Assembly: GCF_006345805.1 (NCBI RefSeq)
Contig: NC_043001.1
Location: 83,452,001 to 83,516,000, forward strand
Length of the DNA: 64,000 nucleotides
From: Octopus sinensis
Taxonomy: Eukaryota
Direction of reading: 5' to 3'
The notes beneath the pieces are model-generated. The model had not been told where the DNA came from and ran no database searches. It was given only the letters and a program-made list of their open reading frames with translations. Position numbers and translations under genes: made by a program. This document shows positions 52,369 through 64,000 of the stretch, in pieces. The first letter of the stretch is position 1. Each line of letters starts with the position of its first letter.

Positions 52369-52713
52369 ATCTGTTTCAACACAAGATTTTACATTAAAAA
52401 AATCATGCACAACAAATATATAAACGTAACAAAGAAAACTTCAAAATTTAACAATATTTAATTATCCAAGAAATAAATACAATAAAATATTTTAAAGGAA
52501 AAAAAAAAAACATAATTTGAGAAAACTTCCGCCACCAATGACAAAAACTAAGAAATGTCAACCATCTTCAAGGTTGGCAACACTATAAACCAAACACCAA
52601 GAAGTATCATGGTTGACTGAATCGATACCCACTAAAGTCGACCTCCACTGTCATATTTCAGAATTCAAACAACACAGATGCTCATCCAACTTCAAGACAA
52701 TAGCACAGTAATG

Positions 52714-53162
52714 CAGGGTGCGGCAGAGAGGACAGACGTTTTGAAATGGCTATTACTCAGCCCCAGACGGAGGGACATATGTCCGACAGGTACCATTCAG
52801 TCCATGGTGCTGTGGTTGATAGAGCATAACGAATCTGTCACAGCAGTTTAGCGTGAGTTTCAACACCACTTCAACATTTACCAAGCTGTTCTCATTCGTA
52901 ACACAATCTTATGTTGAGTGAATGCACTTAGTACATAAGGTACATTAATGAATAGGAGACCGGTGGGGGCCCCATGAATGGTATGGACCCCAGAATGCAT
53001 CAATGAAAACAGACACTACATGATGGATGTTGTTTTCCACACTTGATTTTGACAAATGCTAATTCAATATGGACACACTGATGTCGATAAAAATTTGTTT
53101 GCAGCTAAAATTATTGATTTTGTGAATTTTTCAAAAACGTCCGTCTACTCTGCCCCACCCTG
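52714..53162 (+). mobile_element. Tc1/mariner internal-deletion derivative
   Basis: TIR CAGGGTGCGGCAGAGAGGACAGACGTTTT / AAAAACGTCCGTCTACTCTGCCCCACCCTG|TA. Confidence 0.75.
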
Positions 53163-53860
53163 TACTTTTGAGTCTGTTGTATAGGCTTATGGGACCCAGG
53201 GTGGCGGGATGCAGTAAACTAAAGACCTGCCCCAGGAACTGTGGAATGTTTTGCTTTTTAAATATGTATGAAGAGGAGATTAGGTGGGTTCTTAAAATAC
53301 AAATAATGGTTTATAACCTAGTCTGGAAGAATGGAAGGCAAAATTGAAGCCCCCACCCCATTATGCTTGAGTTCAAAAATCCTACTAAAAGGTGTAATAA
53401 TACTGTAAGACATCTTAACTTTAGCTCTACTAGTGTTTTTAATTCACCGATGTGATGTTGCTTCCTAATGGAACAACATATTGGCTGAAGCTATCCATTA
53501 TTACTTTGTTACAAACGTATCGAGACCTGGGAGACTAAGTTTCCACCATCCTTCCAAGAACAGATCATCATCATCATCAACATCCGTTTTCCATACTGGC
53601 ATAGGCTGGATGGCTTGACAGGATCCTGTGAGCCACAGGGCCATGTTAAACACTAATCTCAGTTATAACTTGGTTTCTATAACTGAATGCCCTTCCTAAC
53701 ACCAACCACTTTATAGTATGTACTGACTGCTTTTTTTTTTTATTTTGTCACCAGCACTAACTACAAACTAAAGCAGTGCATTGGAAAATAATGTAAAGTA
53801 CTTGTTTCTTCAATATTCTTTAAACCAGAACTTTCGGTGATATCAAGGCAACAAGTAGGA

Positions 53861-54088
53861 TTAACCTTTTAGCTTTTAAACTGGCCATATCCGGCCAAAA
53901 TATTTTACCTGCTTTAGGTTCAAACAGGCCAGATCTTGCCTATCACACCTACCCTACAATGTCATTCTGAAAATAAACAGTTATAACATCAAAATCTCAA
54001 AAATACAAGATAATCTAGGATTAATTTCAAGTAATGTAAGTAAATAAGCATTTCATTCAATAGAATAATCTAAATGCTAAAGGGTTAA
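53861..54088. mobile_element. piggyBac-like MITE (same family as 43507-43723)
   Basis: TTAACCTTTTAGC ... GCTAAAGGGTTAA. Confidence 0.8.
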
Positions 54089-55362
54089 GAGAAAGATAAT
54101 CATGTAAGACCATTTGTTTACTCTGTTCTGTTCCATTATATTACGTGGTTGAGAAAAAACACTACCTTAGAAATAAGACTATCACAGGCTAATCCCACTC
54201 TCACCAAGAAGATTCCTTGTACCAGTTATATATCCTATGCCAATCCCTCAGAAATTGAAATGATGTAGAATTTAGTGTTCTTTCTATAAAATGAGACACC
54301 CGTGTGAGTCTTGTGAACCTGCAAACTGCAAGATGATTGTCAAATCATTTTTAGACTTATCTGCTTGCAGTGGATGGATAGGTGGGAATCAGAGTTAGAT
54401 CTGTGTCGAATGAGATGGATGGAATGACACGAAGAGAAGAAATATAACAGTCGTTATCTGTTTCACAAGAGAGAATTACAGTGATATGGCTGAAGTGGAA
54501 TTAGAGGGAAAAGTCAAGATGTTTTAATATGTCTGGTCTATATAGACATAATCATCAGTGACGTAGATAGGCATCAGCAATAAATACAAGGGTGACAGGG
54601 AATAACTTTGTCCATCATATTTGTAACAACACATTCAACAAGATCAATCAACTCCAGTGGGGCTGATCTATAAACTTCATAACGATTCAAATGAAATTTC
54701 TTTTTTTTTTTATTTCTTAACCCATTAAGGCATAGTGTTCCCCCAAACAGATCAGTCAGAAAAATTATACATAACAAAACATTTATCGATTATAATTAAT
54801 TGTTAAATGAAAATTAAACTTATGCATAAATGGGTTAAAAAAGTAAAAGAAACAAAGATGAAAAAAAAAAAAAAAAAAAAAAAAGATCAGAGGGAGAGAA
54901 CATTTGTGTTTCTAGCAGTGGCCCTTACTTTATGAATATGTTCCAGGCACTGTTAATCATTAGAGAAGAAGAGTCGAGATTAAAACATCAGTCAGTATTC
55001 TCTTCAAAACACATTTTTTAAATCCATTTGTAGAGCACTTGGTTTTCTGGAGGAAAGGGGGGGGGGGGTTCTCTCCAGACTCAGATGAGCACTGGTTTCT
55101 TTCTATTAATGCCAGTGTTTTAACTTTGTTGTTTTAGCAACAAACGTTAACAGCTTTCTGTAGCTACTGAAACGCAAGAGCCACCTCACACTATATAATG
55201 GTGGGAACAAATGGAGAGAGGAGATGAGAGAGAGAGAAAAATAGACATTATATCAGATATATTTACAATTCATTAAGCAGAAAATATTATCGAATATATT
55301 TATACTGTATACACACACATATACACATGCATACATATATACACATATACATACACATACAG

Positions 55363-55399
<37 letters not shown>

Positions 55400-56929
55400 A
55401 TATACATACATACACACACATACATAAGCTTTTAGCAACTGTATATATATATATATACATACATACATAAGCTTTTAGCAACTGTATAAGCATCCATAGA
55501 CACAAAGCATTGATATGGTTTAGGAGCAGAAGCTGTTTCAGATTAACCATAATCCTTTCACAAACTACAGAGGATCATCGAGTTATGTAATGTAACTAAC
55601 TCTGAACTAAGACACCAGTGTATTACTTCAGGTAACAAGTCCCTGTCTGCCTTCTGATAACCAGGTAGAGCAGGACAATGTAGCATTATAGTTTATTTCT
55701 TTAGTAATCAAACTGCCAAGAGAGAGGTTTGTTCTATATCACAGCATGAACTAGCTCCTTCATTATGGACATTATTTCTAACTACCAAAACAGTATTTTC
55801 TTCACTAATATCCGCTGTACATATGTATGAGTTTATGCGTAAATATACAGATGTGGAGACACACATATTGCTGTATATGCATTTACAACTGTGTGTATGT
55901 ACGTTTATTAAAAAATTACTGATGACTCAACCATTTTGTTACCATATATCTGCTGAAATGCACTGCCTCTGTTTCATATTTTGAAAATAATCAAGAATTA
56001 AAATGAGTGACATTATTAAGCTGTTGTTTGTAATATAAATTTACATGAAATTTTAAAAGAAAGTTTTAATTTAGATCGTTTTAAAACAAGGAATTCAGAT
56101 CATAGAACCAAGAGTGGTTTCTGGTCGGATGGCATCAAAAGGGTTAATAGAAACCCAGTGTTTGTGCACACAAGTGCAAGTATGTGTGCACTGATTTGTG
56201 AATGTGTGCACATATATTGAAGCAGGGGTTCAAAACATAATAAAGCTTTAAAGTAAAATTACAACTTGTGGAAGAGGATCTTATAAAGGGAGAGCACAGT
56301 AAACTGGGGATGGGACCATATGTCTTGAAGGCAGGATTTCAGAGACCAACAAAAGGGAGAGAAACCGTATGTGTGTATATAAAGATATAACTGTGTAGGT
56401 TTATAAATCCTTTGTTCTTGCTATATATCACAAAGATGGAGTTAAAAATGGCTTTAATTTACATCAATTTTATTGGAATGCTTCAACTGTTACCTGTGGT
56501 ATCAATATGTTAGTGAGTATGCATGTATATTTATATATGTGTGTATTTCACCTTTGTGTGTGTGTATATATATATATATGTAAAGAGAGAGAGAGAGCAC
56601 AGATTACACAAATATATCTGCTTACATACCTTGTATATGTATAAATAAATATTCCATTCATTACTGTATTTAGTATTTACACAAACATTATCAACAGAAA
56701 CATGTGCATGTGTGTATATGTATATTTCGCCATATATGAATATACTTTACACACAAACTACATATACATATATATGTGTGTGTGTGTGTATATATATATA
56801 TAAAACAGTGTATGTTTTATAAAATATTAAGGTTTACAAAGGAAAAGAAGTTCACAGTACATGAAATGCCAGTCACCCAGTGGAACAGGTGGCTGGCAGA
56901 TTGGTCAGCTCTTCTGGTCAATATGTAAC

Positions 56930-56954
56930 TCATCGCAGGTTCAATTCTTGAGAT
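56930..56954 (-). CDS. TMEM30A: TMEM30A/CDC50 terminal coding exon (25 nt incl. stop)
   Basis: Strong acceptor (T)n-cccttgtag|A; phase 2 matches the upstream donor; encodes RSQELNLR*. Confidence 0.7.
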
Positions 56955-58169
56955 CTACAAGGGAAAAAAAAAAAAAAAAGGAAATTTTAAAAGAGATATC
57001 ATATACACTGTGTCCTGAAATTGCCTTCTACCACATATCTTAAAGGTCCATTTTTACAGCTTATCATTATCATCCAACATCCGTTTTCTAAGCTGCCATG
57101 GGTTGGATGGTTTGGCAGGGGCTTTTTGAGGAAGAAAACCAAACTACGCTTCACTGTCTGTTTTTAAAAAATGCTACCAGTTTTTTAAACCTTTCCTACA
57201 CCTCCCACCCTCACTTCTAAAATGTGAGTAGTCACATAGCCTCTCTACAGCATGAAACCTGTTCTGCGCAAGCCCTTTCTCTCATACTCTACCTCTCCCT
57301 ACTTCTTATTCCTTGAGCATAAACTTAAGTTGCCCTACCCACTTAAGGTTAGCAGTCTTGCAAGCATTACTGACATCCTCAACAGTGCTAGAATCATGAA
57401 AAATGCACCCTGCATGTGCTGCAAAGTGGTTGGTGCTAAGAAGGGCATTCTGCCACAGAATCCACGCCACAGAAGACATTAGTGCATGATGCAGTCCTTG
57501 AGCCCATCAAATCCTGTCAAACTGTTCAACCCATGCCAGGGCGGAACAAGGGACATCAAATGATGATTATGAGATGATATTAGATATTAAACCTCTCAAC
57601 ACCAGATACTGTGCCTCCACTCAGTCAAGGAGTCTTGTCATGCAAGGACTACAAAAAAAAAAAAAAAAAGCACCCAAGTACACGCTATAAAGTGGTTGTC
57701 ATCAGAAAAGGACATCCAGTTTTAGAAATCATGCCAAAGTAGACATTGAAGCTCAATGCAGTCCTCTGAACCATCCAATCCATGCCAGCGTAGAACATCA
57801 GCATCATTTAACCTCTGTTTTCCATGTTGCCATGGGTTGGACAGTTTGACCAGAGCTGGTAAAGGCTCTATCATCTGCTCTGGCACAATTTCTGGCATAA
57901 TTGAAACCACAACCTTATGATCATGAGTCTAATACCCTAACCATTAAGCCACATGCCTCCACAAAAAAAAAAAAAAAGGGTTACATAACAAACAAACAAA
58001 ACAAGGGTTAAATAAGAAAAAAAATACCATGGAGACACACACACAAAACACATCAATGCTAGATATGTATGGAAAACAAAACGTTTTGGTGTTACTGATT
58101 TAATGCTCACTTCCCATAAGGCACTTACGCTTGTCTCTTTCTCTCCCTCTTTCCTTCTGTTTATGCATG

Positions 58170-58610
58170 CGAGCTTCTTCTTGTCTTGAGACAGCATTCA
58201 CCCAGGGTGGGTTGAGCTGGCTTCAGTCATCGTCAATGCTGCATCTCTCACAAACGCTGACCAGACCTGGCGATTTGAGGCTAACAACCACATGATCTCC
58301 AACCACTCCTTATTCCAGTGGTGAACACCATAGATATTGGGGCCTAGGTTGGGTTACAGATCAGCCTTGACTGTCATCAGCCAGGTTTTTCGTTGTCCAC
58401 CACATCGCTTTTGCCAACCCTGAAGGGAAGCTGGGTCAATTGCTTCATGGAAGAATTCTCCTGGTTGACGACGGAGGGCATGACCCAGCCAACGCAGACG
58501 TCTCGTTAGGATGACTTTTCGGAGGGAGGTGATTTTGCACTGGTGTCGCACCGAATTGTTGGAGACAAAGTGATGCCATCGGACACAAAGGATGCGGCGT
58601 GTGAGCATCT
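58170..58610 (-). mobile_element. RTE LINE 3' fragment
   Basis: RRLRWLGHALRR..GGQRKTW motif. Confidence 0.8.
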
Positions 58611-59096
58611 AGTTATGGTGGTATATGTGTATGATGTTTTTCTCTTTCTGCCTCACTCACTTTATCTGTATGTGTACATTTCAGTGCGGGTGTGTGTACA
58701 CCAAAACGTAGTTGCTTAAAGAGATCCAAAGTCCAATCAGCCGTGCCAGATCGTCAGGTGGCAAGCTGGCAGAATCGTTAGCACGCCGGGCGAAATGCGT
58801 AGCCGTATTTCGTCTGCCGTTACGTTCTGAGTTCAAATTCCGCCGGGGTCGACTTTGCCTTTCATCCTTTCGGGGTCGATTAAATAAGTACCAGTTATGC
58901 ACTGGGGTCGATATAATCGACTTAATCCGTTTGTCTGTCCTTGTTTGTCCTCTCTGTGTTTGGCCCCTTGTGGGTAGTAAAGAAATAAGTGTCTAAACGG
59001 CTGCAGCCAATCATTTCATTCTGAAGACAAACACACACATACACAAAAGCACAAATATGCACACAAATACACAAGCCAATGCAAGAGAACACTTAC

Positions 59097-59262
59097 CTCT
59101 TTCCACATCTGAAACGAATGAAAAACAGAACGATTCCTAGGAGGATACAGATGCAGCCAACAACCAGGTAAGTGATGCCCAGAAAAGGATTCTTGCCTCC
59201 CAGCCATGACATTGTAGTCAACACAATACGTTTGGTGCCACCGAAACTGGTCACAGGATAAT
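59097..59262 (-). CDS. TMEM30A: TMEM30A/CDC50 exon containing TM2
   Basis: (N)[54 protein letters not shown]; donor AG|gtaagt. Confidence 0.93.
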
Positions 59263-59629
59263 CTGGGAGTCACTGGTTAAAGAAATCAACAAAACAAAAC
59301 AACACAAAAAACACAGTTTCCTGTATGTGCATCTCAATTTTAGAGAATGTATATGTGTGTGTATATACGGCCCATGTTTTGCTTCATGGCAGTGAAACAT
59401 GGGCTGTGACTGCTGAAGACATGCAAAGGTTCAAAAGAAATGAAGCTAGCATGATCCACTGGATGTGTAATGTCAGTGTGCACATGTGACAGAGTGTAAG
59501 CGCCCGGAGAGAAACTTGGACATAAGAGGTATTTGATGTGACATGCAAAAGGAATTAGCTGTCTTTTGGCTGCTATTTCTAAATTTTATGTATGTGGTGA
59601 AGCAACTTGTTGCTAAACCCTTAATTATA

Positions 59630-59673
<44 letters not shown>

Positions 59674-59991
59674 CATCCATCCACACACACACACACATAT
59701 ATATAACCTGTGTCAATGGGTATAAGTATGTGCTGTTCTTGTGGGTGTCTTTTATTCATTTCAGTCATTAGATTGTGATCATGCTGGAGCACTGCCTTAA
59801 GGAAATTTTAGTCAAATCATCCCCAATACTTTTTTTCTTTTTTTTAAAACATGGTACTTACTCAGTCTGGTTGCTATATTTAGAAGGACAAAATACCCAC
59901 ATATAGGCTCCTTCATTGATTTGCATGAGAGAGTTGAAGAAAAAAAAATGTCATGATAATCAAAGAATTACAAACATAAAAACAAGGATAC
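59263..59991 (-). other. Putative U12-type (minor spliceosome) GT-AG intron
   Basis: 5'ss GTATCCTTG; branch site TTTCTTTAAC ending 13 nt before the 3' end; no polypyrimidine tract. Confidence 0.85.
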
Positions 59992-60213
59992 TGTAGTTGA
60001 TTGTTACCCAATATCTACCAGCCGGTAGATTATCCGAAAATATACCAGTATGGTTAATACGGCGGTGAAGTTTACGGAATGTTGGTAACGCTGCAGTGCG
60101 CATCCACACAATTAGATCTTCATTGTGGTAGCCATTATCATCATCTGTGTTGTTTGGATCAAGGTCCCAGATGCTCTTCTGCCAATAGGGAGGCTTAACA
60201 TACTGTGAGTTCA
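59992..60213 (-). CDS. TMEM30A: TMEM30A/CDC50 internal exon
   Basis: KPPYWQKSIWDLD..NGYHNEDLIVWMRTAALPTFRKLHR..LPAGRY, the hallmark CDC50 motif; phase 1/1; the acceptor (tcaag) is less certain. Confidence 0.92.
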
Positions 60214-60494
60214 CTTGAATTGAAAGACGATTTCACATTTAAATAGCTTATCAGATTTACATAGTTTGACTTTCTATCAATATCATATTACACGGTCAGT
60301 CCAAAATTACTTGTAATTTAATCAAGTTTATCTCCTTCAAAATAGCCCCTTCAACTCTTAACACCCACACCAAATGATTTCCTGGTTTTGTTTTAATGCA
60401 TTTAATTTACTCTCAAATATTAGAAGAATTAATTTTAGCAGAGAGTCACAATAATTATAATAACAGTAAATAATATCTAATAACAATAAATGAT

Positions 60495-62030
60495 TCAAAT
60501 TTTGGCACAAGGCCAGGAAGGGTTGAGGAGGGTCAGCTGATTACATCAACCCCGGAACTTGGCAAGTATTTTATTTTATCAACTCCAAAAAGGATGAAGG
60601 GCAAAGTTGATCTCAGCAGGATTTAACCTCAGAAAGTACAAAGCTGGAAGAAATGCTGCTGAGAGTTTTGTTCAATGCAGTATTGGTTCTACCAGCCTCC
60701 AAGCTTTCAAATAATTATAATTTCTTTCTACATTAGGCACAAGGCCTGAAATTTGGGGGGAAGAGACTAGTCAACTACATTGACCCCACTGTGTGCAGCT
60801 GGTACTTATTTCATCAACCCAAAAGGGTGAAAGGCAAAGTCGACCTCAGCAGCATTTGAACTCAAAACAGAAAGATGAACGAAATGTTGCTAAGCCTTTT
60901 GTCTGGCATGCTAACAATTCTGCCAGCTCACTGCCTTAAATAATAATTTATTTCTTTATTGCTCAGAGGGGGCTAAACATAGAGGGGACAAACAAGGCGA
61001 TTAAGTCAATTACATTGACCCCAGTGATTAACTGGTACTTATTTAATTGACCTCAAAAGGATGAAAGGCAAAGTTGACCTCGGCGGAATTTGAACTCAGA
61101 ACGTAACGGCAGATGAAATACCGCTAAGCATTTCGCCCTGCGTGCTAATGTTTCTGCCAGCTCGCCTAAATAATAACAATATTCCCTTCTATTACAGGCA
61201 CAAGAATTGAAATTTTGTGGGAAGAGGGCCAGTCAATTACATCAATGCCAGTGCTCAACTGGTACTTATTTCATTAACCCCAAAAGAATGAAAGGCAAAG
61301 TCAACCTCAACAGAATTTGAACTCAGAACATTAAGAAAGACGAAATGCCACAGTGCATTTCACTCAGCATGCTAACAATTCTGCCAGTTCATCACCTTTA
61401 TAAATTTCAAATTTTGGCACAAGACCAGCAATTTCAGAGCAGTGGGGGAGTCAATTACATCGACATCAGTGTGCAACTGGTACTTACGTCATCAACTGGT
61501 TGGCATTTGAACTCAAAACATAAAGATGGATGAAATGCTGCTAAGCATTTTGTACAGCATGCTAAAGGCTCTGCCAACTCACTGCCTTAAATAATAATAA
61601 TAATAATAATAATAATCCTTTCAACTAAAGGCACAAGGCCTGAAATTTCAGGGGAGGGGACAAGTCGATTACATCAACCCCAGTGTTTTACTTAATTTAT
61701 CAACCCCAAAAGGATGAAAGTCAAAGTCGATCTCAGCAGAATTTGAACTCAGAATGCAAAGACAGGCAAAAATGTCACTAAGCATTTTGCCCGGCATGCT
61801 AACAATTCTGCCAACTCACCGCTTTAATAATAATCCTTTCTACTATAGGCACAAGGCCTGAAATTTGTGGGAGGGGGATAGTCAATTACATCAACCCCAG
61901 TGTTTCACTTGTACTTAATTTATCAACCCCAAATGGATGAAAAGCAAAGTCGACCTTGGCGGAATTTGAACTCAGAACGTAAAGACAGACAAAATGCAGT
62001 TATGCATTTTGCCTGGCATACTAACAATTA
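60495..62030 (-). repeat. Cluster of ~7 co-oriented SINE B copies separated by (AAT)n
   Basis: Repeated GGCACAAGGCCTGAAATTT..AAGGATGAAAGGCAAAGTCGAC..TTTGAACTCAGAAC blocks, diverged from one another. Confidence 0.85.
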
Positions 62031-62096
62031 TAATTACAAACAACACAGAAGAAAAAAATAAACAAGAAACACAGAAGAAAATATAAGTGTCTTTAC

Positions 62097-62207
62097 ATGG
62101 CTGTGATGGGTTACGAAATTTCACTTTCTTATCAGAATCCCAAGCAATCCCAGTCTTGATCAGTGGCACAGTTCTTGATCTGTTCACATAGTCCAATTGG
62201 AAAGAAT
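62097..62207 (-). CDS. TMEM30A: TMEM30A/CDC50 internal exon (upstream exons lie beyond the window)
   Basis: ttttaacag|AT; DSFQL..VPLIKTGIAWDSDKKVKFRNP; donor T|gtaaag; phase 1/1. Confidence 0.9.
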
Positions 62208-62510
62208 CTGTTAAAATAAAATAGAAAATGTAAACCATTAGTATTTAAGATTTCGCATTGCAAAAAAAAAAAAAAAAAAAAAAAAAACATGAAAAGAAAC
62301 ACAAACATTATTTTGGAAGAGAACAATTGTTTTAACACTTCGCCTACCAACCCTATTTTGTATCATATTTTGTTATGAATTATGCATTTTCTTCCCAACC
62401 ACATGGTTCCAGATTCAGTACCCACTGCATGGCGCCTTGAGTAAGTGTCTTCTTGGGTTGACCAAAGCCTCATCAGTGGATTTGGTAGGTGGAAACTGAA
62501 AGAAGCCCAT

Positions 62511-62548
<38 letters not shown>

Positions 62549-62659
62549 GTTTGTTCCCCACCAGCACTTGACAACTGGTTTTGGTGTGTTTATATCCTCA
62601 TGACTTAGCAGTTCAGCAAAATGGTCCAATAGAATAAGTATCAGGCTTCAAAAAGACAA

Positions 62660-64000
62660 TCATCATCATCATCGTTTAACGTCCACTTTCCATGCTAGCA
62701 TGGGTTGGACGGTTCAACTGGGGTCTGGCAAGCCCGAAGGCTGCACCAGGCCAGTCAGATCTGGCAGTGTTTCTACAGCTGGATGCCCTTCCTAACGCCA
62801 ACCACTCCGAGAGTGTAGTGGGTGATTTTATGTGCCACCGACACAGGTGCCAGACGAGGCTGGCAGACGGCCACGCTCGGATGGTGTTTTTTATGTGCCA
62901 CCGACACAGGTGCCAGACGAGGCTGGCTGACGGCCACGCTCGGATGGTGTTTTCTTATGTGTCACCGACACAGGTGCCAGACGGGGCTGGCGGACGGCCA
63001 CGCTCGGATGGTGTTTGTTATGTGCCCTCAGCACGGAGGCCAGTCGTTGCGGTACTGGCTACGATCACGTTCGGATGGTTTTCTTATGTGCCACCGGCAC
63101 TGGTACCACAAGGATACAAATTCCATTGATGTTCATCTATTTTGATTTGGTTCGATTTGATTTGATTTGATTTGATTCGATTCTCACTTGCCTCAACAGG
63201 TCTTCACAAGTGTCACAAGAAGGAAGGTATGCACAGGTGGACTGACTACATCCCAGGTAGGGGCCACGGATTATGGCTTCACTAGTCTTGCCGGGTCTTC
63301 TCACGCACAGCATACTTCCATAGGTCTCGGTCTCTAGTCATTTCCATGGTGAGACCTAACGTCCAAAGGTCGTGCTTCACCACTTCGTCCCAGGTTTTCC
63401 TGGGTCTACCTCTTCCACGGGTTCCCTCAACTGCTAGGGATTGGCACTTTCTCACACACCTATCTTCATCCATTCTCACCACATGACCATACCAGCGCAA
63501 TCGTCTCTCTTGCACACAACAACTGATGCTTCTTAGGTACAACATTTCTCTCAAGGTACTAACGCTCTGTCGAGTAAGTACACTGACATTACACATCCAT
63601 CGGAGCATACTGGCTTCGTTCCTCACAAGCTTACGCATGTCCTCAGCAGTCACGGCCCATGTTTCACTGCCATGTAGCATAGCTGTTCGTACACATGCAT
63701 CATACAGTCTGCCTTTTACTCTGAGCGAGAGGCCTTTAGTCACCAGCAGAGGTAAGAGCTCCCTAAACTTTGCCCAGGCTATTCTTATTCTAGCAGTTAC
63801 ACTTTCAGCGCACCCGCCCCCACTACTGACTTGGTCACCTAGATAGCGGAAGCTATCAACTACTTCTAGTTTTTCCCCCCGGAAAGTGACGGAAGTTGTT
63901 TTCTGCAGATTTTCGGAGGTCAATGCTCCAGAGCATCTGCCACATACAAAAACTATCTTCCCAGTTAGCCTACCTTTGACATTGCTGCACCTCTTATGTG
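62660..64000 (-). mobile_element. RTE-clade LINE 3' part with open ORF and repeat-containing 3' UTR
   Basis: Frame is open from the window edge to the stop at 63282 (HKRC..FVCGRC, FRYLG, MLHGSETW, RRLRWYGHV, GRGRPRKTW); 3' UTR has five ~63-66-bp repeats and an (ATG)n tail. Confidence 0.92.

Overview
Eukaryotic, AT-rich and extremely repeat-dense genomic DNA. The SINE, MITE and microsatellite repertoire suggests an octopus or other coleoid cephalopod (inference, not database-verified). Three spliced protein-coding genes can be reconstructed by eye. ALG10 is on the minus strand with 3 coding exons and about 472 aa. TPRKB/CGI-121 is on the plus strand with 4 coding exons and about 193 aa, head-to-head with ALG10. 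The 3' half of a TMEM30A/CDC50 flippase subunit is on the minus strand with 4 coding exons visible, one flanking intron carrying U12-type (minor spliceosome) signals. The rest is tRNA-derived SINEs of at least three families, RTE, Tx1 and CR1-like LINE fragments, a Penelope-like RT relic, a Ty3/gypsy integrase relic, mariner copies, a Helitron-like element, many MITEs, microsatellites and one 100-N gap. The most unusual signal is a set of minimal hammerhead-ribozyme motifs (CTGANGA-A-stem II-GAAACGTH). One of them lies in a short element that joins a tRNA-like Pol III head to a Penelope-type hammerhead tail and occurs in inverted arrangements at two loci. Repeat boundaries are approximate; exon boundaries were counted from the sequence.
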